Of a stretch of DNA of 64,000 nt, positions 54,773 through 64,000 are shown in pieces (positions within the stretch are counted from its first letter, which is position 1; the number at the start of each line of letters is the position of its first letter). The position numbers and the translations under genes are program-made. The notes beneath the pieces are model-generated. The model did not search any database. It was not told the origin of the DNA and was given only the letters and a program-made list of their open reading frames with translations. The DNA comes from an uncultured delta proteobacterium (GTDB lineage: Bacteria; Desulfobacterota; Desulfobacteria; Desulfobacterales; JAHEIW01), in contig CAVPNL010000006.1 in the NCBI GenBank assembly GCA_963706575.1, forward strand, positions 224,001 through 288,000. Direction: 5' to 3'.

Positions 54773-55679
54773 TTATATGCCAAAAAACTTCAGAATATAT
54801 TTTGATGCCACCATAATAATTACGGTTCCCAGCATCAGTTTTATCCAGCGTCCCGGCATATGTTTTTGGACTCTGGCGCCCAGATACATCCCCATCAGCC
54901 CTCCCGCGCCGAACAGGATACCCAGCAACCAATCCGGGGCGGCCACCGCCCCGTTGATCGGGATGAGACTGTAAAAGGTCACACCGGCCAGCGATGAAAC
55001 GAAGGTTCCCAATAATACAGCACCGGCAATGGCGTACACGGGTAGTCTGAAAACGGTGATTAAAAACGGTGCGATAATCGCACCGCCGCCGATACCGTAG
55101 ACACCGCCGATAATACCCACCACCAGGGCCAGTCCGAGTAGCTGTGCGGTTGCAAAAGAATAGGTGGCGTCTTTGAAGTTAAAACGGGTGGCTTTCAAGG
55201 CGATTGACGCTTCTTCCACCCTATCGGTGAGGGTGCAGCTTTCCGTGGTTTGGGATGCCGCGGTTTTACCGTTTAATGCTTCTTTTAAAAGTTTGACCGC
55301 AATCAACAATAAGACACAGCCCACAAAAAACTTGAATGTTTTCGGATCCGGCAAATAGGTGATGCGCAGATAATAACCGATAAGGACGCCGGGGATAATG
55401 CCGGCCACAATCAAAATCGCCACGGGCCACACGAAGCGGCACTCTCTGGTATAGCGGTAAACACCGCCGGGTGTGCCGGTCACATTGTACAGAAAGTTGG
55501 TGGCTGTTACCGAAGGACTCGTGAACCCCAGGACACTCATTTGAAACGGCAGCAGCAAAAAGGCACCGGAGATGCCACCCATGGAAGTAAAAAAGGAAAT
55601 GCCGAAGGCCACCAGACGGCGGGATTAAAATGGAAGTCTCCACTCCGGAGAGCGGAAATGTAAATTGTAAAAATGCCAT
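54773..55679 (-). CDS. TauE/SafE-family transporter, frameshift near 55615
   Basis: SMGGISGAFLL, GVYGIGGG, GMYLGAR. Confidence 0.85.
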
Positions 55680-55826
55680 GCGGATCAATGTAAATCGGAA
55701 GAAGTTGATTTAAGAGGCTGTCCAATAACGGGTTCTGGGGGAAAATGAAACGGAATCAGCGTCTTTTTAGCCCCTCCCCTTGATCCCCTCCCGTCAAGGG
55801 AGGGGAAACGAGTTGTGGACGGGCTC

Positions 55827-56405
55827 TCAAGGATCACTGGGAATCCAGATGAGCTCCGGGTTCAGCTTATCGGTCCAGGGGACGCCTGAATTTCTCCAGC
55901 CGTTTTCAAATCGCTTGCCGTAAAAAGAACTGGAAGTATCCTTAACCCGATCTCCTTCGAAGCCATCGGTAACCGAATAGGCGATCTTGAAACCGGCCGA
56001 TGCCATTGCATTTACGGCGGCGGCGCTGCGGTTGCCGGAGCGGCAGATCACCACAATGGTATCGGACGGTTTGAATTTCCGGCCGACTTCATTGATAAAA
56101 TTTGGGTTGGCCTTCATCAAAGGCCCTTTATTGCGTACAGCCATTTTATAATTGAACAAATGAAAAGGGATATTATGGGCCATGGGGGCATGACCGACAA
56201 AAATGTATTCTTCCGGTGTCCGGACGTCTAAAATTTTGATTTTGTTTTTGTCCGCCAGCCACATTTCATAGGCTTCTTTGGCCGTCACATAAAGCCCCAG
56301 GACGGTCTGCTTTTGTGGAGGCAAAGTTGATTTTGCCGTCGATATTGAAAAGCAGCTCAATAAGAGTAAAATCGCAATTGATATTGCAAATAACTTTTTA
56401 TTCAT
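55827..56405 (-). CDS. Exported rhodanese
   Basis: LDVRTPEEY..VGH, ICRSGNRS, DGFEGD. Confidence 0.9.
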   Translation of the reverse strand: MNKKLFAISIAILLLLSCFSISTAKSTLPPQKQTVLGLYVTAKEAYEMWLADKNKIKILDVRTPEEYIFVGHAPMAHNIPFHLFNYKMAVRNKGPLMKANPNFINEVGRKFKPSDTIVVICRSGNRSAAAVNAMASAGFKIAYSVTDGFEGDRVKDTSSSFYGKRFENGWRNSGVPWTDKLNPELIWIPSDP

Positions 56406-56554
56406 TTCATCTATCCTATATTATTTCAGAAGTCGGGGAATTTTTTCATTCCGTGGGTGTCATTCCCGCGAAAGCGGGAATCCAGAAAAGTTTTGCTGAA
56501 AACTGGATGCCCGCTTGGCGCGGGCATGACGGTAAAACTCCCCGATCACTTATT

Positions 56555-56884
56555 TTAATTAAAAATACCGCCAAAAATTTTGTCATCGGCGGACACACAT
56601 TGTGCTTTTAAAAGTTTGTACTTTTTAAGGAGCGCCTTACCCTCTTGAGAGAGGCGCGATCCCTCTTTGCGGTCCGTATGCACAATGCAGGCATTCATGT
56701 GTTTTTCAGTCGTCTTGATTTTGCTCCAAACAGCTTTGTACGACATTTTCATCAATTTGGCGGCCTGATTCATAGAGCCCGTCCGATCAATATGTTCCAG
56801 AATTTTGGCTCGGCCTTCCCCAATAATAATGTTGTTGTCTGCATCCACAATCCACTGGCTCGATTTTAATTTGAGGTTTGCCAT
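56555..56884 (-). CDS. ModE-like winged-helix regulator (DNA-binding domain only)
   Basis: IGEGR..LEHIDRTGSMNQAAKLMKMSYK. Confidence 0.82.
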   Translation of the reverse strand: MANLKLKSSQWIVDADNNIIIGEGRAKILEHIDRTGSMNQAAKLMKMSYKAVWSKIKTTEKHMNACIVHTDRKEGSRLSQEGKALLKKYKLLKAQCVSADDKIFGGIFN

Positions 56885-57063
56885 ATTCAAATCCTGATGA
56901 TGGGTTATCAAAAATGGGATATAACCACGAAGAACACAAAGAGTGAAAGTCTTTGAATAGTAAAAATATCTTCGTGAACTTCATTTTCTTCGTGGTGAAA
57001 AAGATTTAACTGTAAAAAATATTAAAGAACAAACGCTATTTCATCGCACAATGATAAGGGCAA

Positions 57064-58055
57064 TCAGCCCCGATGGCGCGCATGGCCCTCCGGCAGGCGT
57101 GTTGATGCTCTTTGGCGTTTAATTGGTGACCGGAGGGTTTTTCAGCCACCGCCTGTCTGAAAATGTTGATAATATCTTTTTGGGTTGCGCCGGTTCTCAG
57201 GGCGGTTTTGATATCGATTTCTTCCCTTGAAAACAGACAGGTTTTTATTTTTCCGTCAGCAGTCAGCCGCAGGCGATTGCAGGACCCACAAAAATGCCAG
57301 CTGATGGGGGCAATGAAACCGACTTTACCAGCCGCACCCGGAAGCCTGCAGAGCCTTGCCGGTCCGTAGGAATCGGTGGCCGGCTCGATTTGAACCTGGT
57401 CAATTTGATGTATCCTTTTCATAAATTCTTCAACCGGTATAAAAAGCGATTCATAATTGCCGTAGGCCGAGCTGTCGGTGGGCATCAGTTCGATAAAGCG
57501 CACATGGTATGGCTTATCCAGGGTTAAGCGAGCCAGATCTTCGATTTCATCATCATTGATGCCGCGTATCACCACGGTGTTAATCTTGATGGGATGCATT
57601 CCGGTCTGCTCGGCGCGTTTGATGCCGGCCAGCACCCGGGGCAGCCAATTGTATCCGGTTATTTTTTCAAACCGTTCCGGCTTTAAGGTGTCCAGGCTGA
57701 TATTGATTCTGCGAACGCCGGCCTTAAACAGCGGTTCGGCCATTTCCGCAAGATATATCCCGTTGGTTGTCAGGGCCAGGCTTTTTAAACCGTCTATCTC
57801 CGAAAGCATCCGGCAGAATTCAACCACGCCTTTTCTGACCAGCGGCTCGCCACCGGTGACCCTTATTTTGGTTATGCCGGTTGCTGCCGCCGCCCGGGCG
57901 ACGTTAAGCATCTCCTCATAGGTTAAAATTTCCGAACGCGCCAGATGACTGCGGCCTGAAAACGGCGTGCAATAATAACATTTCAAATTACAATGATCGG
58001 TGATGGATATGCGCAGGTAATCGATTTTCCGTCCGTAGCTATCAATAAGGTTCAT
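57064..58055 (-). CDS. moaA: GTP 3',8-cyclase
   Basis: YLRISITDHCNLKCYYC, FCGSCNRLRLTADG..KTCL. The expected IGG-stop end appears to lack one G. Confidence 0.95.
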
Positions 58056-58290
58056 CGTGTTTCAGCTCCAATTCCATGACATAATGAATAAAGAAAGTCT
58101 CACGCAAAGTCGCAAAGAATTTATTTAATTAAACCCGTAGAAGCGGTTCAAAACCTCAATTCGTGTTCGAGCGACAAGGCGGCCTATTCATTTGTATAAG
58201 CGGTTAGAATACTATCGAAGTATGTGAGCATGTTTAAATCGGCTGGCATACGCAGTCAATCAAATCGAGATGCAGGTTTTGAAGCCGCAT

Positions 58291-59316
58291 TTATTTGCCG
58301 AATGGGCAGTGCGGATACACACATTCTTCACAATCCTTGCACAGCCCCCCGTGGCCTAAAAAAGCAAGCTCGGCCTTGCCGATTTTTTCACCGGCTAAAA
58401 TCCGCGGAAGTATCAGGTCCAGCACGGTAATGCGGTGAAACAGGCCGCAGGCCGGCACCCCCAGCAGCGGCACATCCCCCACATAAGCCACCAGAAACAT
58501 GGCGCCGGGCAGGACCGAGGCCCCGTAGTGCATCTCACCGGCACCGGCGGAGCGGATTCCCTGGCGGGTGACATCATCGGGGTCCACGCTCATGCCGCCG
58601 CTGAGCATCAGCAAGTTACAGCCCCTGTCCAGATGGGAGCGAATGGCTGCGCGGATAAGTTCGGCGTCATCCGGAGCATAGGTCACTTCAGACACTTCCG
58701 AACCCAGGGCGTTGACCTTTTCGCTTAGGATCGGCGCAAAACGGTCCTCGATCAGACCGTGGTAAACTTCGTTGCCGGTAATCACCAGACCCACTTTTGC
58801 TTTTCGGATGGGCCGAATTGCAAGCACCGCACCGTTCTGGCGGGCGATGGCTGCGGCGCGTTGGATGGGTGCGCGTTTCATGATCAGCGGAATTGCGCGG
58901 GTGGCGGCGACCAGTTCCCCTTTTTTGACAAGGGTGTGATTGTGAAGGGTGGCGCACATAACCTCATCGACCATGTTAAAGGCAGCCAGTGCAGCGGTGT
59001 TAACGGCAAACAGGCCGTCTTTTTCTGCCAGCAGCTTGATTTTCCCTTCCCGCGGTTCGTCCTTCCAGACAATGCCGTCACCGGCCAGCGCATCGGCCAA
59101 AATGGCGGCCGCCTGGTCCTCATGAATTTCGTCGTCATCAAGGTCGATGACGTAGAGATGATTTTTCCCCATTTTCTGAAGACGGCAGAGATCTTCGTTG
59201 CAGACCGTGTGTCCTTTGTGAAAGGCTGCGCCTTTGAATTCTCCAGGTCGAATCTCGGTCATATCGTGTGCTAATTTAGTACCGACTGCATCTTTGAGCT
59301 CAATTTTTTTCAACAT
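58291..59316 (-). CDS. MoeA-like molybdopterin-binding protein
   Basis: LAHDMTEI, TGNEV, GGMSVDPDD, PGAMFL, C-terminal CxxCxxC. Confidence 0.85.
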   Translation of the reverse strand: MLKKIELKDAVGTKLAHDMTEIRPGEFKGAAFHKGHTVCNEDLCRLQKMGKNHLYVIDLDDDEIHEDQAAAILADALAGDGIVWKDEPREGKIKLLAEKDGLFAVNTAALAAFNMVDEVMCATLHNHTLVKKGELVAATRAIPLIMKRAPIQRAAAIARQNGAVLAIRPIRKAKVGLVITGNEVYHGLIEDRFAPILSEKVNALGSEVSEVTYAPDDAELIRAAIRSHLDRGCNLLMLSGGMSVDPDDVTRQGIRSAGAGEMHYGASVLPGAMFLVAYVGDVPLLGVPACGLFHRITVLDLILPRILAGEKIGKAELAFLGHGGLCKDCEECVYPHCPFGK

Positions 59317-59419
59317 AGCGAAAACTCCTTTATCTTCAAGGCAAAAGGCGCAAGGTTCAAGGCACAGGGCGAGAAGAGAACGAACCCGATATCAACCTTA
59401 GCTAGGTCGATAAGCCCTA

Positions 59420-60097
59420 TCAATAGCAATTCTTTTCAGCGATCTTTGCGTCTTTGCGGCTTTGCGTGAGGCTGCTTTCCGGTTTCCAGTTCATATCCGG
59501 CCAGGTTATTTCCGCAGCGTCTGTAAAATAGCTGTCCTGTGCACAGGGTTTGCAGAGAACCGCGCCATCTTGAATAACCTCTCTTTGGTCGCGCACCACC
59601 TGACCGCAGCGGCTGCAGAAGGTCTTGTAACGGGTGGGGCCGGGCAGGTCGCATTCGTTTATCTTTACTTTGACCTGCTGTACCCGAAAAAGCACGCTGT
59701 CGGGCATGCGTTTGTATGCTTCCAGCTGCTGCGGGTATTTATCGGCAATTTCCGGCGCATAGGCGCTGGCCAGGCTGCGCGCCGCTTCGGTGGAAACCAC
59801 CCGAAAGGCTTTGCCGGTTTCCAGATTTACAAAGGTGGCTGCCATAATGCCGTAGTCCATAAATTTGAGCGAACGCCGTCCCAGTTTGACACCGGTCACA
59901 TGCGCCACCGCATCGGCGGTACAGCGGTCCATCTCGACGTAAATGATCAATTTTTTAATCTGATCGTGACGCCTGGGCTCATCGAGGCCGATCAGACGGC
60001 AACCCAGCATGGCCATGCGGACACCCACCACCTGTCCGGGGCAAAGGTGCCCATGGGCGTCGGCCGAGCCTTCCAGCAGGTCTTCAAAAGCATCCAT
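59420..60097 (-). CDS. FmdE-family protein
   Basis: HGHLCPGQVVG, EMDRC.ADA, CSRCG/CKPC. Confidence 0.88.
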   Translation of the reverse strand: MDAFEDLLEGSADAHGHLCPGQVVGVRMAMLGCRLIGLDEPRRHDQIKKLIIYVEMDRCTADAVAHVTGVKLGRRSLKFMDYGIMAATFVNLETGKAFRVVSTEAARSLASAYAPEIADKYPQQLEAYKRMPDSVLFRVQQVKVKINECDLPGPTRYKTFCSRCGQVVRDQREVIQDGAVLCKPCAQDSYFTDAAEITWPDMNWKPESSLTQSRKDAKIAEKNCY

Positions 60098-60421
60098 GGT
60101 CGGGATTGTCCTTTCTTATCCAGGTGTCAGGATTCGGGTGTCAGGTGTCAGTCTTCGATACGATTGCTTCGCGCAGGCTGTTGTTCAATAAGGAAGTAGG
60201 GTCGGTCACCGAGCCGACCTGGATCGGCAGCCACGGTGGGCTGCCCTACTTTCCAATTTTCATCTGACCTCTGTCTTCTGACACCTGAACACTTGGGCCA
60301 CAAGGTGGCATATGTTAAAATTAACATAACTGACGGTAAAAAAAATTGAGCTGAGATCCGGGGCTCATGAAATAATTGGAGAACCCCCGTAATTATTCCA
60401 TAATAACTTGAGACGCGTGCG

Positions 60422-60441
60422 TCCTTGACTTAAGTCAAGGA
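60422..60441. promoter_or_regulatory. Crp/Fnr-type box upstream of fmdE-moeA-moaA
   Basis: Perfect palindrome TCCTTGACTTAAGTCAAGGA, same core as 51729-51754. Confidence 0.7.
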
Positions 60442-60477
60442 TGTTTTCGGTTTTACGACATCGATTTGTTTGGGTGA

Positions 60478-60789
60478 CTAAGCGCCTTCCAGCACTTCAT
60501 TCACCCAGCCCATGGCCGCAATCATGTTCGGAAAACCGATGGTTGTCAATGATAATAAAACGACATGGGCAATTTCTTCCTGGCTGGCACCCGATTCCAG
60601 GGCTTTGCGGGTCTGGGACATCACCGCTCCGCGGGAATTGGCGCCGATGGCAATACCCAGGTTGACGAGGTCCTGATATTTTTTCTCGAGCGGCCCGGAC
60701 TCGCGAGCGGTCTTGCCTAACTGCTGATAATCTTTCAATACTTCCGGAAACTTCGATGAGAACTTTTCGTAAATTTTGGGAAGATACAT
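60478..60789 (-). CDS. Carboxymuconolactone decarboxylase-family protein
   Basis: GPLEKK..LV.LGIAIG, GASQEEI, TTIGFP. Confidence 0.85.
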   Translation of the reverse strand: MYLPKIYEKFSSKFPEVLKDYQQLGKTARESGPLEKKYQDLVNLGIAIGANSRGAVMSQTRKALESGASQEEIAHVVLLSLTTIGFPNMIAAMGWVNEVLEGA

Positions 60790-60828
60790 GAGCGCTCCTT
60801 TTTGGAAAATTTCGAAACACAATCCTCA

Positions 60829-61527
60829 TTACACCCGGAGTGAATTTATTTCAACGTGTTTTTCTGAATTAAGCCGGCTGGAAACGGAATCAAGAACGGA
60901 GCACACGACCTGATAATTCTCATTCAAAAAGGCTTCGGTTGCTTTTGCCAGATTCCGGTAAAACGGGTTTTCAGCGTATTCTATGATGCTCCTGGCAAAT
61001 TCCGGCACCCAGGCCATCAGGTGATCTTCCAGAAAAAATTTTTGTTTTTGAACAAAATTCATGGCCGTTTCTACGTCTGCACGGGAGAAGGCTTCGATTT
61101 CTTTGAAAATTAAATAATACATGAATTCAAGTTCAGCGCTGATGTGATCGGGGGCATCTTTAAAATTTTTAGCGGTGTCCAATCCCGCATCCCGGTATCT
61201 GTTTTTTACGTCAAGGGTTGAGTCGCCCATAACCTTTCTTTCCTCGTCTAAATACACCGATCCGTAGGGTGCGGCGAACAGCGTAAACGGGCCGATAAAT
61301 AGTTTTGCAAAATCGACTTTTAACGGCTCAATATCCGCACCGACTTTGAGTTCTTTGCGCATGCTTTGAACCCATTGGGCCGCCGGCTCACACACATCCG
61401 CCATGTTTAATTCCAGGTTTTTCAATTTTTCAGATAACCCCGGATCCGGCAAAAAATAACAGTCGCTCAACATTCGAAATGCCTTCATTCTCGACGATTC
61501 ATAGTTTAACAGGTTTTTTGCTTCCAT
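60829..61527 (-). CDS. TorD/DmsD-family chaperone (ArrD-like)
   Basis: APYGSVY, PDHISAELEFM, HLMAWVP. Confidence 0.9.
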   Translation of the reverse strand: MEAKNLLNYESSRMKAFRMLSDCYFLPDPGLSEKLKNLELNMADVCEPAAQWVQSMRKELKVGADIEPLKVDFAKLFIGPFTLFAAPYGSVYLDEERKVMGDSTLDVKNRYRDAGLDTAKNFKDAPDHISAELEFMYYLIFKEIEAFSRADVETAMNFVQKQKFFLEDHLMAWVPEFARSIIEYAENPFYRNLAKATEAFLNENYQVVCSVLDSVSSRLNSEKHVEINSLRV

Positions 61528-61630
61528 GCTTATCCTTGTGTAAAACCTAAAAGCTTTGAGGGTGAGTTAATACGATGCCGGCCCGCTGTTCGAGTTTTCG
61601 AGCCGGCATCGCATGCCATATGTTCGTTGT

Positions 61631-62770
61631 TTATTGCGGCACTTCCGCCAGTTTCAGGTAGCGTTCTCCCAGGGTGTACAATAACAACATGATGGCCAGC
61701 GCAAACACAAACACCAGCCATTCCCAGATGCTCGGAAAATAGCCGATAAACCCCGCATACTGTTCGGCTTTGGGCCCAACCGGATGGCTTTGTCCGGCCA
61801 ACAGGATTTCCATGTGCATCATCAGCGTGCCGACCAAAATCAGAGCCGAGGTGACGATTTTGCCGCCCACGCTCTTGCGCACTGAGGGTATCAACAACAA
61901 CACAAACGGCAGAAAAAGCCCCAGCAAGACTTCAGCGTGAAAACCACGGTAGGCGCCGAAAGCATGTTTAAATTCGCCGTAAACCAGAAATTCCGGAACC
62001 ACTGTGGCCGATTCAATGGCAAATTTGACCAGCGTAAAAATTACAGCGATTCCAGTGATATACCCGAAGATGGTGGCAAACTCATTGTATAACGGCGTCT
62101 GGCTTTCAACAGCACCGTCACCGGTGACGCGATGGAAAATCATGCTGTACAGCAAAAACATAGCGGTACCGCTGAGCAACCCCAGGATCAGACTGTAAAC
62201 CGACATCATCGGACCGAAGTAAGTGACGCGCGATTCGGTGATGCCGAAAACCGAGCCGATCATCAACGGTGCGATCAGGGCCAACAGAAAAGATACAACG
62301 CCCAATGCTTTGCTGAGTCCACTGTGCCAGTCACCTTTATGCATTAACCCGAATTTAATGATCAGCACCACCAGTTCCACGCTATAGATAAAGCCCATCC
62401 ACCAGATCGGTGATGAAAAATTCGGCGAGAACAAAATCCAGAACATGTGTTCGACCGAGCCGAGCTCCAGCCCGATGGCCACGAAACCACCCAACAGGGT
62501 AGCGATGGCTAAAAACACCAGGCGTTTGGCAAACGGTTCATATTTTTTGACTTTAAGCACTAGCGGAATTCCGGCCAGCAGAGTCAGGCCGGAGCTGGTA
62601 AGGGCCAGAAATATATAGACGCCCAAAGGCAACGACCAGATGAGGACATCATTGGTATTAAAGAGGTAATGGCCCTGGGTAAAAAGCCTTATGGCGGCAT
62701 ATAATCCAAGCAGGATCGCGATACCGAGCACCACGAGCCATGTGCCGTATAATCCTTTTTTCTCGCTCAT
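61631..62770 (-). CDS. NrfD-family membrane anchor (ArrC-like)
   Basis: WSLPLGVYIF, ELG, SPNFSSPIWWM, about 10 TMs. Confidence 0.82.
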   Translation of the reverse strand: MSEKKGLYGTWLVVLGIAILLGLYAAIRLFTQGHYLFNTNDVLIWSLPLGVYIFLALTSSGLTLLAGIPLVLKVKKYEPFAKRLVFLAIATLLGGFVAIGLELGSVEHMFWILFSPNFSSPIWWMGFIYSVELVVLIIKFGLMHKGDWHSGLSKALGVVSFLLALIAPLMIGSVFGITESRVTYFGPMMSVYSLILGLLSGTAMFLLYSMIFHRVTGDGAVESQTPLYNEFATIFGYITGIAVIFTLVKFAIESATVVPEFLVYGEFKHAFGAYRGFHAEVLLGLFLPFVLLLIPSVRKSVGGKIVTSALILVGTLMMHMEILLAGQSHPVGPKAEQYAGFIGYFPSIWEWLVFVFALAIMLLLYTLGERYLKLAEVPQ

Positions 62771-63496
62771 TTAAACACCTCCTTTAGTCGGCTCGTAATG
62801 GGCCGGGTTGAAATCCCTGATGTAAAAAATATGGGGTTCGGTGCCGATTTGTTCCCGTAACCGAAACGGGCGAAATTTTCCTAAAAGAATACTGACTTCG
62901 CTTTTGGGATCGGAAATGTCACCGAAGATACGCGCATCCGCCGGGCAGGCTTCGACACAATAGGGCAACTGCTCCTTTTTGACGCGGTGGTCGCAAAAGG
63001 TGCATTTTTCCACCACGCCCTTGGGGCGGATTCCCGGAAGAGTGTCATCTCTTTCGGGGTTGTAGTACGGTACGATTTTAGCGCCCACTTTTTTGGCCTC
63101 TTCCTCTGGCGAGCTCGTGCACCCTTTGATTAAGGCTTTGTCATCGCGCCAGAACTTGTGGGGTTTGCGCCAGTTAAAGTAGATTACGCCGTAGGGGCAG
63201 TTAAATTCACAATACTTGCAGCCGATGCACTTGTCGGGATCATGCATGGTGATGCCGTTGTCCAGTTTGTGCATGGCTTTTGTCGGACAGCCCCTGACAC
63301 ACGGTGCATTTCCGCAATGATTGCAAAGCGTCGGAATATAATGGTAGCGCACATTGGGAAACGTACCGCGCGTTTCGGTGATTTTGTTGGACCAGTAGAT
63401 GCCGTCGGGCACGTTGTTTTCGTTTCTGCAGGCAATGCTGCAGGCGCCGCACCCGACACAGCGTTGTAAATCAATTACCATGGCATATCTAGGCAT
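62771..63496 (-). CDS. arrB: Respiratory arsenate reductase Fe-S subunit
   Basis: GTFPNVRYHYIPTLCNHC, NPERDDTLPGIRPKGVVEKCTFCDHR resemble ArrB as recalled. Confidence 0.72.
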   Translation of the reverse strand: MPRYAMVIDLQRCVGCGACSIACRNENNVPDGIYWSNKITETRGTFPNVRYHYIPTLCNHCGNAPCVRGCPTKAMHKLDNGITMHDPDKCIGCKYCEFNCPYGVIYFNWRKPHKFWRDDKALIKGCTSSPEEEAKKVGAKIVPYYNPERDDTLPGIRPKGVVEKCTFCDHRVKKEQLPYCVEACPADARIFGDISDPKSEVSILLGKFRPFRLREQIGTEPHIFYIRDFNPAHYEPTKGGV

Positions 63497-63507
63497 AGGT
63501 TCACCTC

Positions 63508-64000
63508 CTAAACTTTTTCGATTTTAATTCGGGTGGTCGCATAATACGCCGTGCTGCCACTCAAACGATCATATTGGGCCGGGATCAGGTCATTGCTGCT
63601 GCCGCCCCGGGGGACTTTGCCGAATTCTTTGGACGCCACCCGGCCATAGGCCCAGTGGCCCTGGCCGTAACACTTGGCGATCGTGCCCGGCCTGACGCCC
63701 TCCCACAATTTTGCCGTACAGGTCAAGCTTCCGCTCGGAGATGTCAGTTTAACCGTATCGCCATCCTTAATCCCCAGTGGCTTGGCATCTTTGGGGTTGA
63801 TCTTGGCCACGTCTTGCCAGGCCACATCACCGGGATCGACATCTTTAAAATCATAATACCAGGTGCAGTTGGCCGAGCGGCCCTCGCGGTTGAGCCGGGA
63901 TTTGTGATCCACGTGGATGAACGGATACTCTTTTTCATCCCCTGCAATAAAAGGCTCCTCATAATGGGGAATAAAGGCCATTTCCCCCCGCGCCTGGTAG
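63508..64000 (-). CDS. arrA: C-terminus of ArrA/ArxA-clade molybdoenzyme
   Basis: KSRLNREGRSANCTWY, DPGD, GQGHWAYGR, YDRLSGS. Truncated by the window edge. Confidence 0.72.
   Translation of the reverse strand, partial: YQARGEMAFIPHYEEPFIAGDEKEYPFIHVDHKSRLNREGRSANCTWYYDFKDVDPGDVAWQDVAKINPKDAKPLGIKDGDTVKLTSPSGSLTCTAKLWEGVRPGTIAKCYGQGHWAYGRVASKEFGKVPRGGSSNDLIPAQYDRLSGSTAYYATTRIKIEKV

Noticed and set aside
1..64000. Genome-wide TGA reassignment (Trp or Gly)
   Set aside because: TGA ends ordinary genes (rpmA, phoB, rsfS-adjacent ORF), and read-through TGAs are confined to Cys-type redox or metal sites.
1..64000. tRNA-Sec, sel genes, rRNA or transposases
   Set aside because: None recognisable by eye. 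A tRNAscan/Infernal run would be needed to exclude small RNAs.

Overview
This 64-kb window looks like a Desulfobacterales-type (Desulfobacterota) chromosome segment, judged from gene content and protein style. Scattered single-base frameshifts, including one in essential obgE, suggest an indel-prone assembly. It holds phoBR, an ArsR/SmtB + DUF318-type permease pair, fdhD, rplU-rpmA-obgE-nadD-rsfS, a degraded lipoprotein/M48 block, stress and redox genes, and a two-component/porin unit. It also holds a non-canonical periplasmic nitrate reductase operon, tusA-iscS-iscU, molybdenum-cofactor genes, and the 3' end of an arrABCD-type respiratory arsenate reductase operon. The main result is invisible in the ORF track: nine in-frame TGA codons in six genes, most at conserved Cys positions and each followed by a SECIS-like hairpin. 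Eight lie in five genes of a 4.9-kb minus-strand cluster (17015-21891): an HMA + CopZ-like protein with 3 predicted Sec (GMT-U-MG-U and NPKGR-U-C), a CxxU thioredoxin-fold protein, a rhodanese(UxxxxU)-DsbD fusion, a small Trx-like protein and an ArsM-like methyltransferase. An ArsR-rhodanese regulator with its own operator sits inside the cluster. The ninth TGA is in the permease (PL-U-SC). This reads as a selenoprotein-rich metal(loid)/sulfur-redox system. No sel machinery genes are visible here. Family assignments come from motif recognition, not database searches.
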